A stretch of 64,000 nucleotides of DNA from a virus: positions 38,793 through 102,792 of the IMG/VR virus record IMGVR_UViG_3300036770_003135; one strand, written 5' to 3'. Within the stretch, counting starts at the first letter, position 1. Every line of letters begins with the position of its first letter. Of the stretch, positions 8,659 to 19,919 are shown one piece after another. A program made the position numbers and the translations under genes. The notes below the pieces were generated by a model. The model was not told the origin of the DNA. It saw only the letters and a program-made list of their open reading frames with translations, and did no database searches.

Positions 8659-11600
8659 TCAAATATTTCGATATTTATTCAAAGCTATTTTTATTTCTTT
8701 TTTTAACTTATCATAATCATCTTTATTTGAAGTTTTAAAACTTTCAAAAAATGCCCCATTGTCATTAATAATTTTAGATGGGTCTCTGTTATAAATTATA
8801 AATTTAGCAATACTCTCAATTACAATATTTTCATCTGAATTTGTTATATCAACAATTTGTAATCTTTGATTATTACCCCACCACTCAACAAAAAATCGTG
8901 TGTGTAATGCTAAACTCCCAAATACCGCCATTGGTTTAACTTGATTAACATTTGGTGTTGGTTGATTATTTCTATTTGGGGTATTATTACCTTCCGGTTT
9001 TGTATTACCTTCCGGTATTGTATTACCTTCCGGTATTGCATTTGTATTACCTTCCGGTATTGTATTACCTTCCGGTATTGCATTACCAGATACGTTTTTA
9101 CAAAAATATTCTAATTTAGTTTCAAAATATTGTGATTTTGGTCCCCAATATTGTAATAAATCAATTCCACCAAAGTTATTATAATTTGCTGCAAATCCTG
9201 TTGATGTACCATTTTGAAAATATAAATAACTAAATATTACTATTGCTAGTTTTTCATTAGGTGACTTACTAGCATTAGTAATACTTGATAATATTGCTGA
9301 TTTCATTTGTTCAAATTTAACAACATTTTCACTTGTTGGTGATAGGGTTTCGGTAAATTGACTGTACTGACTTACATTTGGTTTACAATTCGGTGTTTGT
9401 GTTGTTGCTGTTGAATTTTTATCTTGGCTACCTAACCTAGTTTTTTCATTGATTATATTTGTTGGTGATATCGGTTGCGCATTTTTTACAATTGTTTCTT
9501 CAATTTTTTTAACTAAATTAGTTCTTAATCCTTGTAAAAAATTTTCCAAAATAGGTAAAGAAGTAATTGGTTGTCTAACACCAACAATTTCAGTGTTAAA
9601 ATCACCTGGTGATATTGAGTGGTTAACTTCAGTAATCATATAAGGACCACTAAACATTGGTACATACCTCAAATTAAAATACATTGTCGGTTGTATTAAA
9701 GCGTTACCCATCATAGATAAGTTACAAGTATAACTTCTATTTTTATAAACAGAATAAAGTGACATATTTTGTGTTGCAATATTTCTATGTCCACCTTGAT
9801 TCGCCATTTGGTTTAATATTTCCAAAGCTTCAGATGTTGCAAGTCCAGAATTTTGACCAACTGAAAAACTTTTAAATATTTGTTGGTTTTGTACTCCAAT
9901 GTCAACATTAAAACCAACCACTTTATTTGATTTATCATAGTCTTTTTTATTTAAAAGTGATTCGTTCATAGGATTTTCAGATTCTTTTAATATATCAAAA
10001 GCATCATCTCTGAATTTGTAATCCACATTATCTTTTAAATCAACATATTGACTTGGTCTATCAATAAATTGACAAACTAACTTAGATGAAGAATCTCTAT
10101 AATCCACATTTAAAAATGTACCAAATAAATTATTAGCAAATTCCAAAGTCCCTTCTGGTTTTGGTCTCGCATCAGCTGAAACATTTTGTAACCCATAAAA
10201 ATTAATATATGATGGTAATGTCATAACAACAAAACCATTTGTTTCAATGATTGTTTGTATAAAAGATAAAACATCAACATTTAACATTATTTTAGTTGGG
10301 TCAATCATATCTTTTAAACCAAAAATATCAACTAAAACTTTATCCCCAATATTCCTACTAGCTCGGTCAACTAACATAACATCTTCAAATAATGTTTTGT
10401 TTTTATAATCATTACCCGCAATCCATTTATCATTCATAGCCTTAAACGTTTCCCATAGTTCCAATTTAGTCTGTGGGTCACCATCTAATTGATTTGGATT
10501 AACTTTTTTTTCTGTTTTTTCAATTTTCCCAATACTACTAATTAATCTAGGCCAAAAATCATTTATAATTTGTTCAATTATACTTTGATTATTTAATAAA
10601 TAAAAATCCATTTTGTTTTTAAAAAACTCAAACCCACCAGGATTTGTTAATGGGATTACGGTAGTGATTGTTAAATTACCTGGTAATGTTTGTAATATAT
10701 CATTTTTTATAAAATCTAAATCTTTATCATTAGAATATATTTTTTCTAATACTAAAATATTTGATTCTTTTACTCTAGCAATTTTATTTGATATATTTTG
10801 AATAATATCAAATGTTTTTCCATCACTTAAATTTGCGCTATAAATTAATAAATCTTCATTTAGTGGTTGACTTGTATTAATTATATTAGATTGATTTTGA
10901 TTTAATTTCTGAGTTGCATATAATTTTATTATTGGTGCAAAATTTTTTATATTTTGTTCAGTAAAAGCAACATTGAAATCAATAAAAAAATCAAATATGT
11001 ATGAATTTGTAGTGTAACCTAATTCATTTATTGTAGAAAATCCTACATAAGTTTTTAAAACATCTAATTCATTTTTATATTGAATTGTACTAGTAGGTGT
11101 TAGAGGAAATACATCAGGAGTTGTTGTTGTGTATTTTTGCCATTGAAACTTATCAGTCAAAGGTAAATTAGAAAATGAGTAGAATAATCTTTGATTATAA
11201 TTACTAGGATTACCATAAAGAAAATATATGTCCTCTTCTAAAAAATTATTAATTACACTATTAATTTGTTTAATTTGTTTTTTAGCTAGGTCGAATAATT
11301 TGTTTACACTATTTTCCGGTATTACATTACCTTCCGGTATTACATTACCTTCTGGTATTGCATTACCTTCCGGTATTGCATTACCACTACCTATTGTCAT
11401 TAAACTCCTCATTAACAATTGGAAATTGTAATACTTAATTGTTACTGATTTAGTGTCAGTAAGTTTAGTTGTAAAATTTGTTATTGGTTTTGAAAAATTC
11501 AAAAATTCATCCCTAAATGAGTTTAATATTTCTGTATCAAAAATAGAAAATAATTCTTCAATTTTAGAATAATTTATAACATTATTATTGATTGAAAAAT

Positions 11601-14600
11601 TTTGTTGTTTTTCTGTTTTCGGTAAGATTTCTTTAAGATAACTATCATAACTAGGTTTAATAACATTTCCATTATCAAAATAACCAAAGTTCGGTGCTGA
11701 CCAAAAATTTCTAACAGAACCATTATATACTGAAGTATTACCTGTTATTTCTATTTTTAATCTTGCTGATGTTGATATTTCTGAATTTGTAAAACATTCA
11801 CTCTTACTTTGATTATTACCACCCATAGATGGTAATAATATAAATGTATTCGTATCGGCTGAAATATATAATGACCAACTAGTAACATTTATAGTCCTAT
11901 TTGGTTGGTTATTATCAACTCCTTTTCCATACTTTATATCCGCAAGATTTGTAAGTAAAAAATTTAATTCTTTTTTATCTATCACTTGTTGGATGTCATT
12001 ATTTGTATAAGTATTTGCAATAATATTCTGTCTATCCAAATAGAAATAACCAAAATCATTAATTACTTTAGGATAAAACCCTAAGTTCATTATTGTTCCA
12101 CTTGCTTCATTTTTCTCTAAAACAATCGTATAATCTATTCTTCCTGTAGTAGTTGATGCTGAAAATTTGTATTCTTTTTCTTTATTTGTGGTTAGTGGAT
12201 CGTAATTTTTAACAGAATCAAAATTCTTCCAAACATCATCTAAAATATCAATACCTTCATCAATGAATTTTTGATATCTATACCATATAGAACCTATTTT
12301 TAAAATCCAAGCATATGGTAATTTATGTAAAGCTCCATATTTTTTTAGTGATGCAAATATATAATCAAACTCAGTTTGAGTTGTATTATTATAAGAATTC
12401 AATTTTTCTTTACCAGTAATTAATGGTAGACTATTCAAAAATAAATATGCTGCTTGAGTATATGGATAAGTATTTTTTGTTTTTTGTAATTCAACTCCAT
12501 TTTGGATAGCATTAACAAAATATGGGGTATTAAATATAGATGTTGTTTGTTTAAATGATACTTCACCATTATATGATGGTGAGTAATATATATTACCCTC
12601 AGTTACTAATTGTTTATTAAATTCATCAACTCTGTCGTTATAATAATTTTTAAGGTCTCCATTTGTAGGGATAGTAGTAGGTAAAGTATTTTTAAAAATA
12701 AAATGGGTGATAGGTCTATTAATATTTTGACTATTAATAGATTTAAAATTAGTTAATGTCTTGTATTCAGGACTAAAAGATATTGTATTTCTAGTTCTAT
12801 ACGCTCTATCAAATGATGTCGCATTTCCATTCGCCAAATTTTCTTTAATCCATTTTTCGTTAGTGAAAGGATAGGTATCGGTAAAATCAGGCATATTATT
12901 TTTTGTTGTACCTGTTAACCAATTAATTAAATCATTTCTTGTTTTTTCTGTTAGTGAAACTTTTGGTGTAGTTTCTAAATCACTCATTTCAGCTAATGAT
13001 TTAATTGTGAATGAATTTTTAGCTTGATTATTAATATAACTAGTATTAAAAACACCTCTTATCCAACCTTGCCAACTTGTACTTAAACCATTATTTGATA
13101 TTTCTTTTAAAACACTTTCATAATTTGTAGAATTAATTTGTAATAGTTGTAAATTTTCCAATAAATTTATTGGATTACTATCACTAAAACTTTGATTTAT
13201 ATTTGTAATTTCAACTTCTGAAACGGCATTAACAACGAATTGAGGATTACCCTTATTAATTTTACTATAATAAATAACATATTTTAATCTTTCAAAGATT
13301 TCATAAATAAATTTTACAATCTCTTGATTAAAATACACTGAATTTTTAATTGGGAATTCAATGGCATTGAACGAAACTCTCTTAACATCTTTAGTTTCAT
13401 TATCAACTATTTTAGCTGATGTATCCCTAGAAACTCTTTCAGTTAACGCTTGAATGTATTCTTCAACAAATTGCACTTCAGGCCAAACTGTATAATCTTC
13501 AGCCCCAACATAATCTTTTAATTTTTGGTCACCAGGATATCTTAACTCATAAGTTGTTTTATCTTCCGTTTGATTACTAACTATAAATTGTGGCCAAGGA
13601 TAAATAATTTCTTCATCATTTTTATCCGCGGTTGGTTCTTTGCTACCAAGAATTGCATTAATTCTTTTTGGGTTTTTATTTTGTTTCCAAGCTTTTGTAT
13701 GAACATCATCCATAAGTCTAAGAAAAGCTTCAGTATTAGCAAAAAATACTGCCAAAATATTTCTGATATTTGGTGTAAATCCTATTGGTTGTTGATTTTG
13801 TAATAATAGTGATAGTGATTCTGTAAGGTCATCTTCTATTTCTTGTTTAAATCCATCAACTTGTTTTTTCATTTTAGAAATTAATGATAAAAACCTTATA
13901 TCACCATCAAATATAAAAAAAGTAATTTTTTTTTCAGTCCCATCTTGTTTTCCTGTGATTGGATTTATGGGATAAAAACCTTTATCTTTTATATCGTTTC
14001 TAAACTGATTTATTATAAAATCTTGTAATTCTTGAGCTACTGATTCACTACCACCTCTTCTTTGTTTATAGGTTTGTTCTGTATCAATATCATCCTCAGT
14101 TACATCAAACAGATATAAAAAAGTATTTAAATCTATTTTATTCGTAACTTTTGTTTCAATTATTTGTGTTTTACCTAAAGGAACTTTACTTATTCTTTTA
14201 TATGAACCACTATTTTGTCCAACTGTTTTGTTATCATTTAATCTTCTATTAAATTCAGTAACTAAAGCATTTAATTGACTAGTTACTGAAATTGGATTAT
14301 ATCCTTTTTTTATAGTATATATTTTAGCACCATTATTTAATATATAAAAATTTGTTTTATCAATATATAATTCAAACCAAGACCCAATTTTTTTTGTTGG
14401 GTCTATTGCATTCCAATAAACTTCTTTAGCATATAAATCTAAATCTTTCTGATATATATCAATATCAGTTAGTGGTTCTAAATTAGTTTCAATAAAATTA
14501 TTTAAATCATTTTTAATAAATCTAGATAAAGTTTCATGTAAATCTTTTATTGTAAGTGGTGGAAAATTAGCTGGAATTAAATTTTTACTAATATATTCTT

Positions 14601-15444
14601 GATAAACTTCAACTACTTTTTGTCTTCCTAATTCACTTTTTATTGTTTGAGTTTTAGTTAATGTTGTACCTTTTGTATTATCTCTAGTATAGGTTGTAGG
14701 GTACATATAAGGTACAGATAACGCGTGTCCCATAGGGGTTTCAACCAAAACAGAATATTTGTAAGTATAAAAATCTAATTGTAATTTAAAATTACCTGAA
14801 ATACTATCATATCTAGCATTAAATTTAGATAACATTAAAGTTAATTTTACAGCTTTTCCATAATAACCTTTTAATGTAAGATAAAATGGTGGGTAAGGTA
14901 AATGAAAAAAAGAACCATAAGGTGAATTAGCTCCAGATTCAAATAGAGCCCTACCTCTAATATCTTCTAATTGTATTGTAATAATTGGTGTAAAATCTAA
15001 TCCTTGTCTAATCTGAATACTAGTTATACCCAACAATCCGTTATCTGTTTGGTTTAAACTTGTTTGTCTTATGTAAGATGAGTTTTCTTTTGTTTCTGGA
15101 ATTTTTTCTAAACTTATTTGATTTTGAGCATTACCCTTAAGTGAATTTTGACCTGTTATTTCATTTGTATATTCATTATCCAAAAAACGTTTTTTTCCTG
15201 GATTTAAAAAATTAATTTCAGCTATAGAAATTGTTTGTATTGAGTCTAAATTTTGGGGTGTTCCAACAGCTAATTTTGTTCGTGGTAGTACACTACATTC
15301 CAAATTGGCATACATAACCAAATCTTCTTGTTTGACATATCTCTCTTTAACTTTACCATTACCATCAATTACCTTATTAGGGTCTACTATTGTAATGTTG
15401 TTATAATCAAATGCCACAAATATATTTTCTAAACTATCTACCAT
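8659..15444 (-). CDS. Large baseplate hub protein (gp27/gpD-like ends) with a C-terminal lysozyme-like remnant
   Basis: N-terminal GITSIQI...ITIQLEDIRG; late SYTCNLSMMGNALIQPTMYFNL...YMITEVNHSISPGDFNTEIVGVR, typical of hub proteins; lies downstream of the tape measure and wedge genes. Confidence 0.65.
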   Translation of the reverse strand: MVDSLENIFVAFDYNNITIVDPNKVIDGNGKVKERYVKQEDLVMYANLECSVLPRTKLAVGTPQNLDSIQTISIAEINFLNPGKKRFLDNEYTNEITGQNSLKGNAQNQISLEKIPETKENSSYIRQTSLNQTDNGLLGITSIQIRQGLDFTPIITIQLEDIRGRALFESGANSPYGSFFHLPYPPFYLTLKGYYGKAVKLTLMLSKFNARYDSISGNFKLQLDFYTYKYSVLVETPMGHALSVPYMYPTTYTRDNTKGTTLTKTQTIKSELGRQKVVEVYQEYISKNLIPANFPPLTIKDLHETLSRFIKNDLNNFIETNLEPLTDIDIYQKDLDLYAKEVYWNAIDPTKKIGSWFELYIDKTNFYILNNGAKIYTIKKGYNPISVTSQLNALVTEFNRRLNDNKTVGQNSGSYKRISKVPLGKTQIIETKVTNKIDLNTFLYLFDVTEDDIDTEQTYKQRRGGSESVAQELQDFIINQFRNDIKDKGFYPINPITGKQDGTEKKITFFIFDGDIRFLSLISKMKKQVDGFKQEIEDDLTESLSLLLQNQQPIGFTPNIRNILAVFFANTEAFLRLMDDVHTKAWKQNKNPKRINAILGSKEPTADKNDEEIIYPWPQFIVSNQTEDKTTYELRYPGDQKLKDYVGAEDYTVWPEVQFVEEYIQALTERVSRDTSAKIVDNETKDVKRVSFNAIEFPIKNSVYFNQEIVKFIYEIFERLKYVIYYSKINKGNPQFVVNAVSEVEITNINQSFSDSNPINLLENLQLLQINSTNYESVLKEISNNGLSTSWQGWIRGVFNTSYINNQAKNSFTIKSLAEMSDLETTPKVSLTEKTRNDLINWLTGTTKNNMPDFTDTYPFTNEKWIKENLANGNATSFDRAYRTRNTISFSPEYKTLTNFKSINSQNINRPITHFIFKNTLPTTIPTNGDLKNYYNDRVDEFNKQLVTEGNIYYSPSYNGEVSFKQTTSIFNTPYFVNAIQNGVELQKTKNTYPYTQAAYLFLNSLPLITGKEKLNSYNNTTQTEFDYIFASLKKYGALHKLPYAWILKIGSIWYRYQKFIDEGIDILDDVWKNFDSVKNYDPLTTNKEKEYKFSASTTTGRIDYTIVLEKNEASGTIMNLGFYPKVINDFGYFYLDRQNIIANTYTNNDIQQVIDKKELNFLLTNLADIKYGKGVDNNQPNRTINVTSWSLYISADTNTFILLPSMGGNNQSKSECFTNSEISTSARLKIEITGNTSVYNGSVRNFWSAPNFGYFDNGNVIKPSYDSYLKEILPKTEKQQNFSINNNVINYSKIEELFSIFDTEILNSFRDEFLNFSKPITNFTTKLTDTKSVTIKYYNFQLLMRSLMTIGSGNAIPEGNAIPEGNVIPEGNVIPENSVNKLFDLAKKQIKQINSVINNFLEEDIYFLYGNPSNYNQRLFYSFSNLPLTDKFQWQKYTTTTPDVFPLTPTSTIQYKNELDVLKTYVGFSTINELGYTTNSYIFDFFIDFNVAFTEQNIKNFAPIIKLYATQKLNQNQSNIINTSQPLNEDLLIYSANLSDGKTFDIIQNISNKIARVKESNILVLEKIYSNDKDLDFIKNDILQTLPGNLTITTVIPLTNPGGFEFFKNKMDFYLLNNQSIIEQIINDFWPRLISSIGKIEKTEKKVNPNQLDGDPQTKLELWETFKAMNDKWIAGNDYKNKTLFEDVMLVDRASRNIGDKVLVDIFGLKDMIDPTKIMLNVDVLSFIQTIIETNGFVVMTLPSYINFYGLQNVSADARPKPEGTLEFANNLFGTFLNVDYRDSSSKLVCQFIDRPSQYVDLKDNVDYKFRDDAFDILKESENPMNESLLNKKDYDKSNKVVGFNVDIGVQNQQIFKSFSVGQNSGLATSEALEILNQMANQGGHRNIATQNMSLYSVYKNRSYTCNLSMMGNALIQPTMYFNLRYVPMFSGPYMITEVNHSISPGDFNTEIVGVRQPITSLPILENFLQGLRTNLVKKIEETIVKNAQPISPTNIINEKTRLGSQDKNSTATTQTPNCKPNVSQYSQFTETLSPTSENVVKFEQMKSAILSSITNASKSPNEKLAIVIFSYLYFQNGTSTGFAANYNNFGGIDLLQYWGPKSQYFETKLEYFCKNVSGNAIPEGNTIPEGNTNAIPEGNTIPEGNTKPEGNNTPNRNNQPTPNVNQVKPMAVFGSLALHTRFFVEWWGNNQRLQIVDITNSDENIVIESIAKFIIYNRDPSKIINDNGAFFESFKTSNKDDYDKLKKEIKIALNKYRNI
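8985..9087. repeat. 18-bp tandem repeat, array A (GNTIPE/GNAIPE)
   Basis: Five copies of TATTACCTTCCGGT(A/T)TTG. Confidence 0.9.
11314..11385. repeat. 18-bp tandem repeat, array B (same unit as array A)
   Basis: About four copies of CATTACCTTC(C/T)GGTATT(A/G). Confidence 0.9.
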
Positions 15445-15757
15445 AAAAAAAGAACAGATTTTCTAATTGATTTTTATAATCTTGTAAAGAAGCTATTAAA
15501 GGAAATGGAATTGTCAATACTGAACCATCAGGTATATTCCATTCTTCACCACCAAAACTTGGGTTAGCTAATAATATTAGCCATCCAAAAGTTGGACTAC
15601 CATAATATTCTTGTGAAATTTTATCCAATCTTGATGAATTAATCTTATATATATAAGATTTATCAGTTACCTTTTGTGGTAAATTAACATAAGGGACAAC
15701 TGTTTGTTGTCCTTCAATTAAAAATTGATCGTATCGTCCGTAGAATCTTATCGCCAT
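15434..15757 (-). CDS. Baseplate wedge LysM-like protein (gp53/gpX-like)
   Basis: RLDKISQEYYGSPTFGWLILLANP...IPDGSVLTIP. Confidence 0.8.
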   Translation of the reverse strand: MAIRFYGRYDQFLIEGQQTVVPYVNLPQKVTDKSYIYKINSSRLDKISQEYYGSPTFGWLILLANPSFGGEEWNIPDGSVLTIPFPLIASLQDYKNQLENLFFFYGR

Positions 15758-18700
15758 TAGTTGAATGTTATTTTACCATTATATGTTGATTTATCATCAT
15801 TTGCATTTTCTGTTGCGTATAGTGATTGAATTTGTTCTTTTTGTTCCGCAGTTCCTAAAGTTGGTGAAGTAATATATTGACACACTCTCTCTACTCCTGG
15901 TTTATACATAATAGTACTTAATCCTCTTGTTAACTTTCTATAATTTTGTTTTCGTTTTAATTTATTAAAAATTTGATTTTCACGTATTAATTCTCTAGAA
16001 TATTGAAAGTCCAATTGAAGTATACGAATATTAAATCTTTTTAATAAAAGTGTATATGTTCGTCTATTAGTGATTCTAAGTAACTCATCCTCTCTTAAAA
16101 CGTATTTTAAGAATTCTTGTCGTTTTGTTTTATTATTTAATATTCTTGCCATTATAACAAAAAAATCTTTTTCAGTATCGTCTTCAAAGATATTATCAGC
16201 AACTAAATCAAAAGGTTTTTCAGGATTTTCTGGTTCGTAAAAAGCTATCTTGGTGTTATCTTCACTAAGTAGTTCTACATATTGATTCATAGCATCTTCC
16301 AATTTTCCGAAATCAGTTTTCAAAGTTTCTAAAGTATCACCAGATATATTATATATTTGAGCAGAACCTCTACTATTTATCTTCCCATCAATTTCAGTTG
16401 TAACTACATTTATTTTTCTAATTGTTTGAACATATTTTTCTTGTAAGGTAACAATTTCTTGTGCATTAGTACCAAGTGAAGTAATTAATTGTTCGGAATA
16501 ATCAGAGATATATTGTTTCATATTTGCCCTAATATACCTCATAACACTCGTTAAGTTATTATATTCGTCAGTTGTATAAGATTCTTTAATTTTTGATAAA
16601 ATTGGGTCGGTATCATTATCAATGGAATCATATACTCTTTCTAAAGTACTATTTAAAAGTTCTTCCCAATTTTCAGATTTACCAAAAATTTTAATTGTTT
16701 TATCATTACCCACATTCCCCTCACTGTAATTTCTTTTAGCATTAAGTATCTGTACAAATCCTATATTATTTTCTCTTTGAACACTTTCTAATATATTAAC
16801 AAGACCTGAAAAATAGTTAGACGTTGATGATAATAGTTTATCCATAATTGATTTATAGTTAATATCACCAATTTCACCACCTTCGCCACCTTGTTCATCA
16901 GGTAATGTTAATACTATAGTTCCAATTGTGTCACCACCATCATTAATTCTAAATCTTTGATTACCTGAAGTGTTTACTGACAATTTCAATTTATCAAAGA
17001 AATCTTTAGACACTTTAGACAAGTCTTCAGTTGGGGTTGCTCTTTCGTCATAAATTTCAGTGTTAGCATAAAAATTAAATGATAATGCGTTTTGTAACTC
17101 TTCCACTGGTTTTGCGATACCCATACCACCTATAATTTTGAAATTCATACTTACATTAACAATCATTGGTTGTACACCAATTCCTTCGGGGTTTTGGTCT
17201 AATAAAGGTTCATAAGTAAAACTAACACCATCTGGTACAATCTTAGTATGAAAAAAATCACCAATTCTTAAAACTAAAATAGGAGGAGCTCCAAATGACG
17301 TATTTAAAGCATTAGTTTGTGTTAATTGATTATCAATTCCAACAGTAGGTATAGTTTCACCAGGTCTTACGCATTGATTTAAAAAAACAAGTCTAGAATT
17401 TAAACCTTCAGGTGTTGTCGAATGAAAAGTAGGACTAAAATATTTTAGTTTTTCTCTTATTGAATCATATATCATTGGAGTGTCTTCCTTTATCATATCA
17501 AAATAATCACATTCAGTTAAAAAATTTCTTAATATTTTTTTTGTGAAACTTTGTTTTAATCTGTCCAAGATATCACGATTGTCTGTTGGTTTATTTCCAG
17601 TTTCTTGTATTTGTTCATCAACTCCAATATTACTTGGTAATGTACCATAATCTGGGTTACCACTTGGGTCTTTATAAATTTCATTAAATAACTTAGTCGC
17701 GTCATCTGGATTTGATGTGTTATTTAAAGCTCTAGTAATTTGTTTAATTGTTGATGGTTCTAAATTTGGGAATCTTCTAGCTAATTCATATATATCGTAT
17801 TTTACACATCCAGCAAAAAAAGATTCAATTATTGAATCAACTTTTTCTTTTCTCGCACCCTTTAATTGTTTTCTAACAATAACATTTAATATTGATGGGT
17901 GGTCAACAACTATTTTCCAACTTAATGTTCCACTTCTTGATGTCTCTTTATAAGTATACATAGGTTCTGGTCTACCTAAAAAACTTGTTCCTTGGAAGGA
18001 TGCTGTACTAGAATCTGAAAATTTTAAATCATATGGTGGAAACCACATAATTCTACCCCCATTAGGTCCTTTTTCACAATTAGGTAAGTCATCTACAGTG
18101 AAACCAGGTCTACTTGAAGTTCTCCAAGCTAGATTCTCTATTGAGAACATATATTTTTTAGCATAAAAATTACCTTGATTATTTCTTTGAATATTGGTTG
18201 AATCACTCCCTCTTAAAGGAACAATATTTAAATTAAATGTTTTGTCTAAAATAGAACTTGGGAATCTTCTATTTTCTGTTGTTATACCAGCTTTCTTTTG
18301 TAAATCATTATAAGTGTAATAAGGAGTATCTTTAGTAAAAACTCTACCATACTCAATACCTTCTTCAGTACCTCTAGCATTATCAACATAACTCAATACT
18401 TTTGAACCTTTAGTTATTTCTTTATACCCATCATTAAAAACTTTACTAACTTGATTAATTGCATTACCAACGTGTTTTAATTTACTTTTACCTGTAACTT
18501 TATCGGCAGAATCAATTAATCTTTGAGTTTCATCTAAAATAGACCCAGGCTTTAATTTTACATTAGTTGAAATACTTTTTTGATATTGTGAAGCAATTTG
18601 GTAGGCATCTTTATCTGTTTTTCCTAATCCACCACCAATTGTTGCTTTTTTACCAGCACTATTTCTAGTCTTAGGGGAAATCCAAGTAAATCCACCATTT

Positions 18701-19893
18701 AAACTACCACCTTCAATAACTGGAAATCCTACCAAACCAAAGTTTAAAGCACTCTCATTACCTTCATACAAAATACTTAAATCCGTAGGTCCATAAACTG
18801 GAGACTTAACTTGTTTTCCAAATTCATTAACGGGTATTTGATTACTTGGTGAATTTATATCTCCAGGTTCTTTTTTAGAAGACCCAACATAATATCCATT
18901 TTCAGTTGCTCCTGAATTATTTGATAATCCTTTAATACCTTTGGTATAATTTGAATAATTCGGTTGAAATCTATTTAAGTTAATATTTTTAAATAATTCA
19001 AACCTTTGTCCATTACCAGTATTTCCTAAAAATAATAATGATGGGTTTCCTCTTAGACTTAAGATAGGTCCTAAAGAACCACTTCCTAAATTATTTAATG
19101 AACCTAAAGCAATGGCAGTCTGATTTGTTTGACTATTATTAAGAACATCATTGAAATAATCTCCAGGAATAGTTGACGCAGGGAAAAATGAATTAGATAT
19201 TCTAGAAATGAAATTATTTGTAACAGTTGTTGGGGCTTCAGGTGTTGTTATAGTATAATTGTTATTAACAACATATCTAAGATTTCTAATAGTTTCTACA
19301 TTAATCCTATCTTCAAATAATGTTTTCAATTTTCTAGCAGACATCATTGCTAATGTTGAGTCCTGAGATAAAAATCCAGCATCACCACTTGGGTTACTAG
19401 ATAATAATACTTGTTGTGGTGAATAACTAGATGGTATAAATGTAGGCGGTTCCCAATATGGTAAGTGTATTTTATCGGTTATTCCTTCATTAGAAACAAA
19501 ATACATAGAAGTAAATCCACCTTCGGGTCCATATCTATTTTCATTATAACTAACATCAATCCAACTTTCATTTAATAAATCCATATTAGTATCAGTTGGA
19601 CTATATTCACCACTATTAGAATTACGTTGACGATAATTTAATGTTACTCTATTATTAAACCCACCAAAAGGACCAAATTGATTTAAAGGATATAATTCAG
19701 TTAAATAAGGTGGTCTATTAATTAATTGATTTGGTGAGTCTATAACTGAAAAGTCAGATAAAGTTATAGATTGGTTATAAGATGAAGTATTTGGAGTAAA
19801 TTCACCTTGTATTAAATATGGGGGGAGGTTTTTTGCTAACAAAACCCCTCTCCATTGTTCTGTTATATCTAATGTTAAGTTACTTAATGACAT
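15757..19893 (-). CDS. Baseplate / tube-initiator structural protein
   Basis: FPPYDLKFSDS...FLGRPEPMYTY...RSGTLSW and PPILVLRIGDFF tube-fold-like segments; directly downstream of the tape measure gene. Confidence 0.6.
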   Translation of the reverse strand: MSLSNLTLDITEQWRGVLLAKNLPPYLIQGEFTPNTSSYNQSITLSDFSVIDSPNQLINRPPYLTELYPLNQFGPFGGFNNRVTLNYRQRNSNSGEYSPTDTNMDLLNESWIDVSYNENRYGPEGGFTSMYFVSNEGITDKIHLPYWEPPTFIPSSYSPQQVLLSSNPSGDAGFLSQDSTLAMMSARKLKTLFEDRINVETIRNLRYVVNNNYTITTPEAPTTVTNNFISRISNSFFPASTIPGDYFNDVLNNSQTNQTAIALGSLNNLGSGSLGPILSLRGNPSLLFLGNTGNGQRFELFKNINLNRFQPNYSNYTKGIKGLSNNSGATENGYYVGSSKKEPGDINSPSNQIPVNEFGKQVKSPVYGPTDLSILYEGNESALNFGLVGFPVIEGGSLNGGFTWISPKTRNSAGKKATIGGGLGKTDKDAYQIASQYQKSISTNVKLKPGSILDETQRLIDSADKVTGKSKLKHVGNAINQVSKVFNDGYKEITKGSKVLSYVDNARGTEEGIEYGRVFTKDTPYYTYNDLQKKAGITTENRRFPSSILDKTFNLNIVPLRGSDSTNIQRNNQGNFYAKKYMFSIENLAWRTSSRPGFTVDDLPNCEKGPNGGRIMWFPPYDLKFSDSSTASFQGTSFLGRPEPMYTYKETSRSGTLSWKIVVDHPSILNVIVRKQLKGARKEKVDSIIESFFAGCVKYDIYELARRFPNLEPSTIKQITRALNNTSNPDDATKLFNEIYKDPSGNPDYGTLPSNIGVDEQIQETGNKPTDNRDILDRLKQSFTKKILRNFLTECDYFDMIKEDTPMIYDSIREKLKYFSPTFHSTTPEGLNSRLVFLNQCVRPGETIPTVGIDNQLTQTNALNTSFGAPPILVLRIGDFFHTKIVPDGVSFTYEPLLDQNPEGIGVQPMIVNVSMNFKIIGGMGIAKPVEELQNALSFNFYANTEIYDERATPTEDLSKVSKDFFDKLKLSVNTSGNQRFRINDGGDTIGTIVLTLPDEQGGEGGEIGDINYKSIMDKLLSSTSNYFSGLVNILESVQRENNIGFVQILNAKRNYSEGNVGNDKTIKIFGKSENWEELLNSTLERVYDSIDNDTDPILSKIKESYTTDEYNNLTSVMRYIRANMKQYISDYSEQLITSLGTNAQEIVTLQEKYVQTIRKINVVTTEIDGKINSRGSAQIYNISGDTLETLKTDFGKLEDAMNQYVELLSEDNTKIAFYEPENPEKPFDLVADNIFEDDTEKDFFVIMARILNNKTKRQEFLKYVLREDELLRITNRRTYTLLLKRFNIRILQLDFQYSRELIRENQIFNKLKRKQNYRKLTRGLSTIMYKPGVERVCQYITSPTLGTAEQKEQIQSLYATENANDDKSTYNGKITFN

Positions 19894-19919
19894 TATCTAT
19901 TTTATTTATAAATAGATTA

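Noticed and set aside
8985-11385. 18-bp repeats as a CRISPR array
   Set aside because: There are no unique spacers; the repeats are in-frame tandem units inside a CDS, and no cas genes are present
19895-19917. ATCTATTT/AAATAGAT hairpin around a TATTTAT motif
   Set aside because: Almost purely A/T and weak; could easily arise by chance
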